Shown: piece by piece, positions 29,473 through 40,124 of the stretch
Position numbering within the stretch: position 1 is the stretch's first letter
Layout of the letters: every line of letters begins with the position of its first letter
Virus record (IMG/VR): IMGVR_UViG_3300003872_000001
Location: 1 to 64,000 of that record
Reading direction: 5' to 3' (one strand)
Length of the DNA: 64,000 bases
DNA from: a virus
Notes under the pieces: model-generated
Database searches by the model: none
What the model saw: the letters and a program-made list of their open reading frames with translations, nothing else
What the model was told of the DNA's origin: nothing
Program-made: the position numbers and the translations under genes

Positions 29473-30309
29473 ATGCAAAAGTATGAAATGCTTGAGAGGG
29501 GACAAACTAATGTAAAGGTTACCACGAATGCTCCTGGCAATTCTTTAATTGTATATAAATTAGCCGAAGATAGTAACGGTAAGGTAATCTTAACTAATAT
29601 AACTGAAACATATCCAGTCGTTATTACTATTGCTCATGGGTTATTTTCACAATATTTATTAAGTGCTCCAAGTGAAGATTGTTATTTATTATGTTTACTA
29701 AATGGAATGCCTAAGTTCTTTCGGGTAGGTACTCCTACTCTTAGAGCTTTCATATATAATGGAGTTAGTGGTGCGACTATACCATATAGACTTTTAGATT
29801 TTAATGGTAATATTATACAAAATTCAAATCTAACTGAAATAGGAAATGGTATATACTGTATGAAACCAGATGACGTTGGTGATTACATATTAGATATACA
29901 AAATATGGGACCTGTTCCAATACATACTCCATATATTATAGATATGGCTGGTATGTCCGGTAAGATCATATTTCAAAAAGATACTTGGGCAATATTAGCT
30001 ATCCCTAAATCTAATACTAGAATAAATGATATTATTACAGATATTGAAAAGAAATATAATATTAAAGGTAATACCATCTTTAATATATTTTCAGCTTATC
30101 CTGACACTTCTCTACAAGAAGGTGAAATGTTAGATTTCATACCAGGAGTAACTTCAATAACAAGTAAATATAATTTTCCGTTAGTAATAAAAGATATCGA
30201 TAAGGGCGTGGAGATTGTCGGTTTTTGGTGTAAAACCTTAAATTACCAACTTAAAGATAGTGACGGTAATGATGTACCTGATTTAATAGAATATGAATGG
30301 TATGCCTGA
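29473..30309 (+). CDS. Hypothetical protein
   Basis: 278-aa ORF with RBS. Confidence 0.6.
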   Translation: MQKYEMLERGQTNVKVTTNAPGNSLIVYKLAEDSNGKVILTNITETYPVVITIAHGLFSQYLLSAPSEDCYLLCLLNGMPKFFRVGTPTLRAFIYNGVSGATIPYRLLDFNGNIIQNSNLTEIGNGIYCMKPDDVGDYILDIQNMGPVPIHTPYIIDMAGMSGKIIFQKDTWAILAIPKSNTRINDIITDIEKKYNIKGNTIFNIFSAYPDTSLQEGEMLDFIPGVTSITSKYNFPLVIKDIDKGVEIVGFWCKTLNYQLKDSDGNDVPDLIEYEWYA

Positions 30310-30423
30310 CAACTATAGTCACTAGGTATTAACCTAGTGACTATAGTTATATATTATGTCTTTCTAGCTTATTAGAAAGAGGCTCTATGTGTAAAATTTA
30401 AACAATTATAAAAGGATAGTATT

Positions 30424-31029
30424 TTGTTAGTACAATATAATATATGCGGTAATCTAACCGTTAAAGGAAAACCAGTTACAGCTACATACACTGTGAAAAA
30501 TCTTGATACTAATTTTATTAGTAAGGCCTACATATCAGCAAAAGGTTTTTATAATATAAACTTAGCTAATTTTCCTAACAAACAATTTAAAGAAGGTGAT
30601 GTCATATCTATAGAATTTAAGTACATAGATAATGACGGAGTTAATTATTATACTAGGATAGCTGTAGCTATAAGTAGTCGTCTACACATTAATGTGATTG
30701 ATGTAATACTCGTATCTAATTGGGATCATACGTCACAAATAGATATAACTTCATTATATCCTGGTAAAATAAAAGTAAATTTTATAGCTAATATGTATAC
30801 AACTATCTTATTTAAATTGTATTATAAGTATAATAATAAGTATCAAGAAGTGGAATCTGGTACTATAACTAAATCATCTATCACCATGTTAAATTTTCCC
30901 TATAGTGGTAAATTTATGTTAGTTGGTTATGTATTCTACGAGTCTAGTTTATTATCATATTCACAAAAAGAATTTGATATAACTTCAGCGGATACAGCAA
31001 ATAGTAGACATTATATAGAATGGGAGTAA
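30424..31029 (+). CDS. Hypothetical beta-rich protein
   Basis: 201-aa ORF, AAGGA RBS, TTG start. Confidence 0.55.
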   Translation: MLVQYNICGNLTVKGKPVTATYTVKNLDTNFISKAYISAKGFYNINLANFPNKQFKEGDVISIEFKYIDNDGVNYYTRIAVAISSRLHINVIDVILVSNWDHTSQIDITSLYPGKIKVNFIANMYTTILFKLYYKYNNKYQEVESGTITKSSITMLNFPYSGKFMLVGYVFYESSLLSYSQKEFDITSADTANSRHYIEWE

Positions 31030-31032
31030 ATT

Positions 31033-31416
31033 ATGAGATATAGCGAAAATGAGCATGCGATTTTAGTGGGTCAATTTAGTCCAAATGAAACTGTAAAGAT
31101 ACGTATATTAGATTTAGAACATGATTTAGAAATATCATTAATAAACAATATATGTAACGAAAGTAATACTATTCCCGGTATTTATTTATGGGATACAAAG
31201 TATATAGATACTAGTAAAATAAGTACATATATTAATTTACTATATGAAATGACTGATTCTAATAATAATAAATATTATGGAAAGTTTGTATATGGCGGAT
31301 ATGTGGATAAACTCATAACAGATATGCTAAAATTATCAGATAATTCTGGTACATCTACAGGATCTACAAATGATATTATTTTAAAATTAGTTAAAGTAAT
31401 CAATGCAAGAATATAA
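31033..31416 (+). CDS. Hypothetical protein
   Basis: GGAG RBS, coupled to previous gene. Confidence 0.6.
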   Translation: MRYSENEHAILVGQFSPNETVKIRILDLEHDLEISLINNICNESNTIPGIYLWDTKYIDTSKISTYINLLYEMTDSNNNKYYGKFVYGGYVDKLITDMLKLSDNSGTSTGSTNDIILKLVKVINARI

Positions 31417-31447
31417 TTTTTTGAATACAACAAAATAAGGATATAAA

Positions 31448-32425
31448 ATGGTAGCTATTAGAATAACTGATTTAGATTTACCTACAGGCGTCAAACATAC
31501 AGCTACAGATTGGCAGATAGCTACTGACCCATTATTTAGTAATATAATTTTAGAGTCTTTAGATGATACTAAAAACTTGACATCTATAATGTGGACTAAT
31601 ATACTAGACCCAGATAATAAGTATTATGCTAGGGCTAGAAGCCTTTTAAATACTGGCTGGACTATATGGGGTAATTTAGATATTTTCATCCCTAAAGATG
31701 TTTATACTATTGATAATAATATAGATATGCCAGGAACAGTCACACCACCTACTATTAAAACTAATAGCTTAATCAATAATCATATACCCACTATGTTTAC
31801 AATAACTGTTAGTGATTTTAATACTACTGGTACTGCGATACATACCGCTACTAGTTATATCATTACAGATATAAATGGTAAGTATGTTTGGTCTAACATA
31901 TATAATGAAGTTGATAAAGACAGTATATTAGTAGATCAACCTATTTTGAAACGAGGAAATGTCTATCTTATTAAAGCAGCATTCCATACTTCTAGCGATG
32001 ATGTCTCACAATTTTCTACATTAGCTATACATGTTGTAAAACAAGAAGTTATGATAGTGGGACCTAATTATGATTTCAATGTAACTATTCCTAATGTACT
32101 TAGATTTAAATATCTTTGTGATGCTACCTCTAGCATATGGGATATATATGCTGTAGAAAATGATGGATTAACTAAAGTAACATCAATCCATAGCATGCGT
32201 GGTGATCCACATAGTATAGTAATTCCACCTAATAGTTTAAAAACTGGGCAAATTTATTATGTAGGAATTGAGATTACTAAAACTGACGGTACTAAATATC
32301 CGATTGCATATGATGAAATTAGTACTTTCTACAGTGGAGCAGAGTCTAACGTTAACATTCATAACGAAACCAATACTTTCTATATAGAACCAAAATCTAA
32401 TACCAATATACCTATCGGCGGATAA
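31448..32425 (+). CDS. Putative virion structural protein with FN3/Ig-like repeats
   Basis: HTATDWQIATD..F.NIILES..D..NLTS motif and second HTATSY repeat, as recalled from jumbo-phage virion proteins. Confidence 0.55.
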   Translation: MVAIRITDLDLPTGVKHTATDWQIATDPLFSNIILESLDDTKNLTSIMWTNILDPDNKYYARARSLLNTGWTIWGNLDIFIPKDVYTIDNNIDMPGTVTPPTIKTNSLINNHIPTMFTITVSDFNTTGTAIHTATSYIITDINGKYVWSNIYNEVDKDSILVDQPILKRGNVYLIKAAFHTSSDDVSQFSTLAIHVVKQEVMIVGPNYDFNVTIPNVLRFKYLCDATSSIWDIYAVENDGLTKVTSIHSMRGDPHSIVIPPNSLKTGQIYYVGIEITKTDGTKYPIAYDEISTFYSGAESNVNIHNETNTFYIEPKSNTNIPIGG

Positions 32426-32440
32426 TTCATTATACCTATA

Positions 32441-32474
32441 TTTACACTAGTAGCTTATAAGCTACTAGTGTAAA
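32441..32474. terminator. Bidirectional hairpin terminator (TAGTAGC family)
   Basis: TTTACACTAGTAGC-TTATAA-GCTACTAGTGTAAA between convergent genes. Confidence 0.75.
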
Positions 32475-32483
32475 ATAAAGTAT

Positions 32484-33008
32484 CTAAACCCTTTTCATCC
32501 ATCCACTAAAGAATTTTTCTTGTTTAGGATTTCTTTTTACGATATTATAATATCGCATAAACTGTAATCCACTAATTACTTTTAGTAAAGATGGTTTATC
32601 ATAACTTTCCAATGAATGTAAAGCTTTTAAGGTAGTGGGACCCGCAAAGCTATCTACTGTCATATCAGGAAATAATTTCTGATTTCTATTCATTAGGTTT
32701 AAAGCTTCTTGTAAAAACTCTGCAGCAGACCCTACACCTTGGTTAACAGCTGAATCAAACAATTCTATAGCTAATTTATTACTAAACTCACCAATTGTAG
32801 TTAAGTTCATATGTTTAGTATTCCAATAATTATCATAATATATTTTCTTAGCGTCAGCTAATGTTAAATTTTTAATATCTAAATTTGGATAATCCGCTTT
32901 AGCTATTCCATATTTTGTTTCGCCGCCTGGGTCAGTTGGGTCATTTACATAACCACCTTCAAATCCTATTATTACCCCAAATGCTTGGTTGTATAATTCT
33001 GAATCCAT
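32484..33008 (-). CDS. Endolysin, glycosyl hydrolase family 108 with peptidoglycan-binding domain
   Basis: EGGYVNDPTDPGGETKYGI; FDSAVNQG; F.GW.R C-terminus. Confidence 0.93.
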   Translation of the reverse strand: MDSELYNQAFGVIIGFEGGYVNDPTDPGGETKYGIAKADYPNLDIKNLTLADAKKIYYDNYWNTKHMNLTTIGEFSNKLAIELFDSAVNQGVGSAAEFLQEALNLMNRNQKLFPDMTVDSFAGPTTLKALHSLESYDKPSLLKVISGLQFMRYYNIVKRNPKQEKFFSGWMKRV

Positions 33009-33111
33009 GTGTGTTCCTTTATTATTTGTCCGACTTAGAATAACTAAGCGGATAGATTGTGTAAGCAGGTTTCACTGCTCAATGAACTATTGAAACTTTG
33101 TATTTCCTTCT

Positions 33112-35061
33112 TTAAAATCTAAATGATTCACTATCTGCGCCAGTGTCATTTTCTTCAAATGCAATATGTTTATCGTCATTTATGTTTTCTTTAATAGGTG
33201 CATTCTTAGGGAATGGTAAGCTGAATACCATCTTCTCATCTGGTAGTATTCCTGGCTGTCTATCTTTGCCTCTACCCACAATTAATTTCCATTTTCGTTT
33301 AACACTAACTTTAGTTAGATATAATTCGAGATCTACTACTTGGTCTAGTTGTCTGGAACCTTGGAAGTAACCTTTATTTGCAACTTCATTAATAAACTCT
33401 TTTCCTTTAATGCCACCTCGTAACAAACCTTTAGCTTCAGTACTAAATTGATGATTAGTAATGGTAAGTATTTTGTGCCTTTTTATTCTATATGTATCGT
33501 TACTACATATACGATTAGTTGGTTTATAACATTATCTTCATAATGTAACTAATCAGCTAGTACTCTCATACTAGAGTAGACTATATCATGATCTGTTATT
33601 CAATTAGATAACAGACCCTCTACATTTCGTCTTTAAGGGGACCATACCCCACCACTTGGCGCTACTCCCGTCAGGGATAGTCGTTGAACTCACACACTCC
33701 TACTAGAGGATAGTTCTCACTATTTAAGGTGCTTCGCTGCGTCGATTACCTACATATCCTACAAGGTTTTTACGATGCCTATTGACTATATTACGTCATA
33801 GGTATTACAGTCTATTTCTAGCTGTAAGTCGTACTTGTTGGCTTTAAGGGTTCCCCGCAATTAGAAGAGTTTGCATATAATGTCACCACTATATGGGCCT
33901 AGATAAATAAGCCGAGCTAAAATTCCTAACTCTATTAAATAAGTCTAGTACATCATTACCAGTTGGACCTGAAGTAACACATCCGGTTGTTGGTAACTTA
34001 TATAAGTAATCTATTAACATAGCATGGATTTCATATCCATTTGCTTCTAATTCTAATACTTTATTAAATAAAGATTTATAAGTCCACTCACTTGGGTTAA
34101 CTCTCATCATTTTAACATGATAACCATTTACACTTAATCTCTTTCTAATGTAAGATGCTACTTCAGCACCAGTAACTTTAGTTAGATCTGGTAATTCATT
34201 ATTTTCGTTATAATATAAATATCTATACATAAATTCTGTAAATACTTCACTATCATCTTCAAAACTTATATATAATATAAGTGGCTTCTTAGTCGGATCA
34301 TCTAAGGCTGGTTTATTATGCATAGCGAATTGCATAAACAAACTCTGCATAAACCCAGATTTATAATTATGTTGTAATGCTGCTATCATACACATAATGC
34401 CACGTCTGAATCCATTTTGTGTCATTTCATTAAGTTCTTTCCATCCACTTAATAGCTTACCTCCTTCAACTTTTTGGTTTTTAACTTTATTTAATACTGC
34501 ACCTAATCCATTTTCATCACCAATATCTAATTCGTCCATGATACCAGGATCCTTAGTTCTCGCTTTAAGAGATAATGCTTCTAGTGCAGTTATTAATTTT
34601 TGTGTATAAGCTGTAATGGTATCACCGTCTAATTTACCCGTTCTCATTTGATATGATGCCTTACTTATAGTAGCTTTCAGTTTCTCCTCTTTATAATAAT
34701 TATTAATAAGATTTCTAATACTAACTACTGTTCTCTTAAGGCTAGCTTGTGAAAATTCATTATCAATAGCATTTGTTACAATTTTACATAGATCTGGTTT
34801 ATTCTTAAATATTAAATTAATACTTTGTAATAAAGAAACTTTATCATAATTATCAGGATTATTTAATAGATCTAATATTAGATGTTTTAAGTCATCTTCT
34901 ACACTACCGTCACCACCTATGAACTGATTATCCCTATTGTCACTGGTAAAGACAGATAAGACTGTTCTTACTAGGTCTTTACTATCGCTAGTATCATTCT
35001 CTATTTCTTTCTCTCTATATAAAAGAGTTAACATCTTTATTAATATCTCTAGTTTAGACAT
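33112..35061 (-). CDS. dnaB: DnaB-like replicative helicase (phiKZ gp118-like), spliced: exons 35061-33910 and 33477-33112, ~505 aa
   Basis: GFRRG..ALQHNYKSG, ISFED, IDY in exon 1; splicing gives RNFSSA|HKILTITNHQFSTEAK and restores QVVDLEL..RGKDR. Confidence 0.88.
33478..33909 (-). ncRNA. Group I intron (432 nt, no ORF) in dnaB
   Basis: P AATTGCGGGG, Q AATCGACGCAGC, R GTTCAACGACTA, S ATGATATAGTC; P1 GGCT|TA..TAGGCC with U-G pair; terminal G; in-frame joining. Confidence 0.9.
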
Positions 35062-35205
35062 TTTAATTCCTTGTACTTTTACTATTTTTACTAATAAAAT
35101 AAACTATTCATACTTTTTTGTTAAACTAATTATATGTGAATATTTAAAATTAGGTAGTTATAGCGATTTATTTGAATAAAAGAATAAAACATAATAGGAG
35201 TTAAT

Positions 35206-35847
35206 ATGACGCCACTATCATCACCACTTTCAGGGACACTTTATGGTCCTGGTAAAACAGGCCGGCAATTGATATATGAAACACCAAGTGTTGTTTATAT
35301 ACCAGATTTTTTATCATCTGCATTAAATATTAATACCTTAATAGATATAGCAGGTATTGGATTTCAAATGGATAAACGTTTTTATACGTATGATAATGTG
35401 GCTAGAGAAGCTATAATAAAGATATTTAATGCTAAACTTTCTAAATATGATATTAGTAGCTTTATAAGTATAAATCAATATCTATACGAATTCATAAATA
35501 ATAGTAGACCGCACCTTATGAATAATTTAGTTGATTTTTTAACTAACGGAGAGCTTAATGACTTCCGTACTATACCTGGTAGTAATGATAAAGAATACTT
35601 AGATGTATTAAATATTCTAAAAAGTTCGAATACTATGAGTGAAAATAAAAATGACATTTATAACTTTATTCATGCAGATGGTATAATATTTGTTATTCTT
35701 CACGAAGGTTTTAGTAATTTAGTAATAGACAGTAACGATGGTCTTCAATCATTTCGGGAAGACCTACTTAATAGTATGTATAGTAATTTTAATGATGAAC
35801 AAGTTAGTTCAACTAGATTGTTCAAAACGTTCTTAAAAAATAAATAA
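35206..35847 (+). CDS. Conserved protein upstream of MCP (phiKZ gp119-like position)
   Basis: Synteny between DnaB and MCP; AGGAG RBS. Confidence 0.5.
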   Translation: MTPLSSPLSGTLYGPGKTGRQLIYETPSVVYIPDFLSSALNINTLIDIAGIGFQMDKRFYTYDNVAREAIIKIFNAKLSKYDISSFISINQYLYEFINNSRPHLMNNLVDFLTNGELNDFRTIPGSNDKEYLDVLNILKSSNTMSENKNDIYNFIHADGIIFVILHEGFSNLVIDSNDGLQSFREDLLNSMYSNFNDEQVSSTRLFKTFLKNK

Positions 35848-35865
35848 AAAGTGAGGAATCAGAAT

Positions 35866-38049
35866 ATGGCTGGTAAAAAGAAAATAGTCAAGGATTTGTT
35901 AGATACTCTAACATTAAATATTGGTGACGAAGGTCTAAATAAAAGAAAAGAGTTAACAAACTTTGTAATCTCTAATGAAGATATGGATTCAGCATCACGT
36001 GAGTCAGCTACAGTTGTGCTTGATAAACTACAAGATACTGTTAGCAGAACTTTAAGCGCTGTATTGTCACAAGAAGATATGGACGCATCTCAGTTTACAG
36101 AAGCACAATTTAATGCCGCAAACCAAATCGCTGCATTGGCATTAAATCCAAAAATTGCATTAGATGCATTTCGTAACCCAAAATCTGTTGATGTTAAAGG
36201 ACCACATAGTGTAATTGGCGCTGACGTTCTAGGTGTAGAAGATATACTACTAGGTGATCAATTGTCTTCTGAAGGTTATGATGGTGAAGCTACAAACAAT
36301 GCTATATATTTTTCAATTGTATCTAACTTCATGTCAGCAACACAAGATAAATTTGGTGAAGCATTTTTCCCAACTATTAGTATGGACCCAACTGTTTCAG
36401 GTGCAACTATTGAATGTGAATTTACTTCAATTTATAAAGAAATAGCTAGAAAAACTGATGGTTCATCTAGTATGAAAGATTTCGATAAAACTCCTATCGT
36501 AAAAGCAATCTTTGATAATAAACTATTCGGTAATGATAAAAATAGACTCATTCCAGTTGTAAGAAAGAATAACAGTTCAGTGCTTTTAGCTGACGTTTAC
36601 TCATTTGTAGAGTATAATGGCTCTGAAGATGTAACTACTGCTCCTTTAGCATTTGGTAAAACTATTGGTCTACTAGGTATTTCTCAAACTGACGCACAAC
36701 TTGCTAAAGGTGTTATGGATAATACTGATGCACTAGACAGAACTCTTAACTTAGAGAATATCTATTATTCACTAACTGGTACTGACTCAGCTGGAAAAAC
36801 TGTAACTGAAAACTTTATGGCTAATATATCTATATTACCACATAGTAACTTTACTTATAGCCCACAAGCACATGCAAAATCATTAGGATTAACTTTTTCT
36901 AGCGATGCTATTGCAATAGGAACTAGTACTAAAACTACTGTAACAGGTGCAGCTTCTGCTATATTATCACAACTCCCTGCTGGTCACACTATACAAATGC
37001 AAACAGTATTACATGGTGATGGCGATACTCAATCTGGTGATATTGCTGTTTATGCTTCTGAAATGAAAGTTGCTGCAATCTTGGATTCTGCAGGTAATGT
37101 ACTACCAACAACAAGTGCTGATTATGTAACTATTGAGAAAGTAATGTCAACTGTTAAACTTCTAGGTTATACTGTTGAAGCATATAGCACTAACTCTAAC
37201 CTTAGAAAACGTGGACAGCTTGTTACAACTGACCGTTATATTCAAATTTATAATGTTCCACTAAGAACAGGTGTTACTGTACTTGCTCCAGTTAACTCTA
37301 TGTCTGGTACTGATAATGATGCAGCTAGATTAACTAGTCAAATTACATATGCTGGTATAAGAACTTCTGTTGATGCAGTTAAAGCACTTGTTAACCATGC
37401 TGATATGTTGAATAACATAACTAATAATGGTGTTCCAGTTACAGCTGATCTAATGGGTGTTGGTAGATTCTATGTTGATACATATTACAATGAACTTAAC
37501 ATCGCAATTGATACTCATGTTGATTCTATTAAATCAAAAGATAGACTTGCTGACATTAGAGCTCTTTTAGTTAACAAAATTAAAAATGAAACAGTTAATA
37601 TGGCTATTAAAGCAAATTACTATATTGCTAATGTTGTCCTTAATGGAGCTAATAATGGTAAAATACAAGTTATCATAGGTACTGACCCGATTATAGGTTC
37701 ATACTTAACTGAAAATGGCGAAGGTGTTATTGACCTAGGACCTGACTATGAAGGCATTGTTGTTACTACACCTAATAAACTTATCCGTGGTTCAATCTTT
37801 GTATCATTTGGTATATTTGATGCAAATAGAAACACTAAAGCTAACCCATTGAACTTTGGTCAATGTTTCCGATCACCATCAATCACTACTGATGTTGTAA
37901 GAACATTAAGCGGATCTACTTCACGTGAATTAACATCTATGAATAGATATCTTCATGTTATTAACCTTCCACTTATGTTTAGACTAAACATTACTGGTAT
38001 CGCTACAGCACTAGAAAAAGTTGCAGTAGATTTTCGTACTGTAAAATAA
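35866..38049 (+). CDS. Major capsid protein (phiKZ gp120-like)
   Basis: ~727 aa; QDKFGEAFFPTI, TDALD, TNSNLRKRGQL, VIIGTDP, NPLNFG; S-x-E cleavage-like sites in the propeptide; start probably ATG 35866. Confidence 0.9.
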   Translation: MAGKKKIVKDLLDTLTLNIGDEGLNKRKELTNFVISNEDMDSASRESATVVLDKLQDTVSRTLSAVLSQEDMDASQFTEAQFNAANQIAALALNPKIALDAFRNPKSVDVKGPHSVIGADVLGVEDILLGDQLSSEGYDGEATNNAIYFSIVSNFMSATQDKFGEAFFPTISMDPTVSGATIECEFTSIYKEIARKTDGSSSMKDFDKTPIVKAIFDNKLFGNDKNRLIPVVRKNNSSVLLADVYSFVEYNGSEDVTTAPLAFGKTIGLLGISQTDAQLAKGVMDNTDALDRTLNLENIYYSLTGTDSAGKTVTENFMANISILPHSNFTYSPQAHAKSLGLTFSSDAIAIGTSTKTTVTGAASAILSQLPAGHTIQMQTVLHGDGDTQSGDIAVYASEMKVAAILDSAGNVLPTTSADYVTIEKVMSTVKLLGYTVEAYSTNSNLRKRGQLVTTDRYIQIYNVPLRTGVTVLAPVNSMSGTDNDAARLTSQITYAGIRTSVDAVKALVNHADMLNNITNNGVPVTADLMGVGRFYVDTYYNELNIAIDTHVDSIKSKDRLADIRALLVNKIKNETVNMAIKANYYIANVVLNGANNGKIQVIIGTDPIIGSYLTENGEGVIDLGPDYEGIVVTTPNKLIRGSIFVSFGIFDANRNTKANPLNFGQCFRSPSITTDVVRTLSGSTSRELTSMNRYLHVINLPLMFRLNITGIATALEKVAVDFRTVK

Positions 38050-38067
38050 TTATCTCTTCATAGTTAG

Positions 38068-38325
38068 TAAAACTCTGTCCTTCAGGACAGAGATACACTA
38101 ATGTAATATTAATATCTTAAGATATAGATAACTATAACAACATAAGGAGTACCTATGCTCATACAGATGATGCAGATATCAATGCTGCTAAGAACATCCA
38201 ACATATAGGTGCTACTAGAGTGTTACAACTAGTAGTATAGCTACCAGGTACTATAGGTAGGGGACCGACCTTAGCTGCTCTTAGAGTAGTCTAGAAGCCA
38301 CCTCGTTCACGGGGTGATAGTTCAC
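38068..38325 (+). mobile_element. Internally deleted IS200/IS605-family element with tnpB remnant and omegaRNA, copy 2
   Basis: Left-end hairpin CTCTGTCC-TTCA-GGACAGAG; RBS+ATG at 38155; remnant HTDDADINAAKNI (TnpB RuvC-III) from 38160; right end ..TAGTTCAC. Confidence 0.85.
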
Positions 38326-38382
38326 ACATTTAGTCAAGATTAATTTCTTGGCTGATTTAAAGCACTATACAACACGCACTAT

Positions 38383-38418
38383 TATAACACCAGTGGCTAA
38401 TATGCCACTGGTGTTATA
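38383..38418 (+). terminator. Hairpin terminator after MCP and the IS miniature
   Basis: TATAACACCAGTGGC-N6-GCCACTGGTGTTATA. Confidence 0.7.
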
Positions 38419-38519
38419 TGGTCTTTATATTCATTTTAAGGTACCTAGAAGACACGATCTATTCTAATGTGATGAATTATATGTATTTGACATTTAGACG
38501 TTATATGTGAGCTATTGAC

Positions 38520-38554
38520 TTTGATTCAATATCAAATATATAATATTAATATAG
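38520..38554 (+). promoter_or_regulatory. Putative early promoter
   Basis: TTTGAT-TCAAT-ATCAAA then TATATAATATTAATATAG. Confidence 0.65.
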
Positions 38555-38645
38555 AAGGAATGAGTAATATTAATAAAAGTGAATAACAGCTGAATTCATA
38601 TTTAATAATATTCATAACTTACTATTTAAATAAAAGAAGGCATAC

Positions 38646-40106
38646 ATGAATACATTACCGTACAATGTGAATAGTTTTGTAAGTCTAGAAAATGACCGTG
38701 AGGATAATGTATATGCGCACTATGTGCCGTATACAGAAAATGTTGGATCAGTTAGAAATAAAAATGATCTATATTTAAATTGTGATTATAAGTTAACTTT
38801 TATTAGCACTATAGGACCTGATATAAAAGTAATTCATAAGCGTAACATTGTGAGTGAGATAAGAGAAGATAGTAGTTTAAAATCTTTGATTGGATCTTAT
38901 GTTAAAGGTCTATCTGGTAAAGGGATTTATATAATTGAAACGTATACATTAAATGTCTTTAATAAAGATAAATTAGATAAAATTATTAATAATCTTGCTA
39001 ATGCCGATGGTGTAGCACTAACCTCTGATATTATTAAAGATATTTATGAGCAATATTCTAATAAGAAGCCTAAATATAGCCTAAGTATCCCGATCAATAT
39101 AAGATTTATATCCTTTGTACCAGAAGGACCACTTCGTGAATATGGATCTCTGTATGTAAGACAGTATGATATTGTTTTAACAAGTAATAGTTATGGTGCA
39201 CTACCAGAGCATCCGAACTCACAATTTAAAATAAATCTATCTCATAAGGATAGAGTTAATGGGATTCCATCAAATGTATTAACTTTAGATATTACAGATA
39301 ATGAATCTGTATTAAAAGAAACTAATGGTAGTAATAAGAAAGGTACAAATTACTTTATGAAGATTGGTAATGGTGTATATAGATTTGTATCTACTAGCGA
39401 TGGTGTAACTCCTAGTGGCGCAGTTATGGCTATTAAACATCAATATAGTGACCTACCAGAAGTAATCAATATAGATAAGGCTGATTTTGAAAAATATGGA
39501 TTATATAAGGATCGTGATTTAGCTATTTATAATGGAGATAAGAAAGGGCTACTAGAAGACAGGAAATTACAATTAGAATTAGATAAAATATCTAATGATA
39601 AAGCTAAATTACATAGAGAGATAAAAACATTAAAAGATGATAGAAAATCTTATAAAAAGGAACTCAAACTCAGGAATGATAAGTTGAACTTAGAACGAAA
39701 AAAGTTAGAGCATGAGCTTATTAAGATGGAGCATGAATTAGAGAAAATGAGGATGGATAGGCAAATGTTAAGAAAGAAAGCTGCTATGGAAATTATTTCT
39801 AATAGTTTTAAACTTCTTAGTCTGGAAATAGACATGAGTAGAGACCGACAAAAATTTCTATTAGAACAAAGTAGGTTGGATAATAAATTTAAATTGGATA
39901 ATTCATTGCTTAAAGCCAAATTTAAATTGGATAGTGATCTTACTAAATATAAGTTTAACAGGGAGGACAAGTTAGCAGAGGAGAAGTTTATCAGAGAAGA
40001 TAAAATAGCAAAGGATAAAAATCGTCGTGAAAATATTAAGAATACTTTTGACACTGTATCTAAGGCAGTTAATACTGGTATCAATATAGGAAAAGAATTT
40101 CTATAG
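38646..40106 (+). CDS. Conserved protein with long C-terminal coiled coil (phiKZ gp122-like position)
   Basis: Between MCP and gp123-like gene; EKYGLYK..A..NGD followed by K/E heptads. Confidence 0.55.
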   Translation: MNTLPYNVNSFVSLENDREDNVYAHYVPYTENVGSVRNKNDLYLNCDYKLTFISTIGPDIKVIHKRNIVSEIREDSSLKSLIGSYVKGLSGKGIYIIETYTLNVFNKDKLDKIINNLANADGVALTSDIIKDIYEQYSNKKPKYSLSIPINIRFISFVPEGPLREYGSLYVRQYDIVLTSNSYGALPEHPNSQFKINLSHKDRVNGIPSNVLTLDITDNESVLKETNGSNKKGTNYFMKIGNGVYRFVSTSDGVTPSGAVMAIKHQYSDLPEVINIDKADFEKYGLYKDRDLAIYNGDKKGLLEDRKLQLELDKISNDKAKLHREIKTLKDDRKSYKKELKLRNDKLNLERKKLEHELIKMEHELEKMRMDRQMLRKKAAMEIISNSFKLLSLEIDMSRDRQKFLLEQSRLDNKFKLDNSLLKAKFKLDSDLTKYKFNREDKLAEEKFIREDKIAKDKNRRENIKNTFDTVSKAVNTGINIGKEFL

Positions 40107-40124
40107 TAATAAAAAGGAAAACAT

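Noticed and set aside
33112-33426. ORFs 33112-33426 and 41952-42311 as independent genes
   Set aside because: They are second exons of dnaB and the gp123-like gene
38155-38208. Small ORF MLIQMMQISMLLRTSNI as a functional peptide
   Set aside because: It is the out-of-frame product of the tnpB deletion junction
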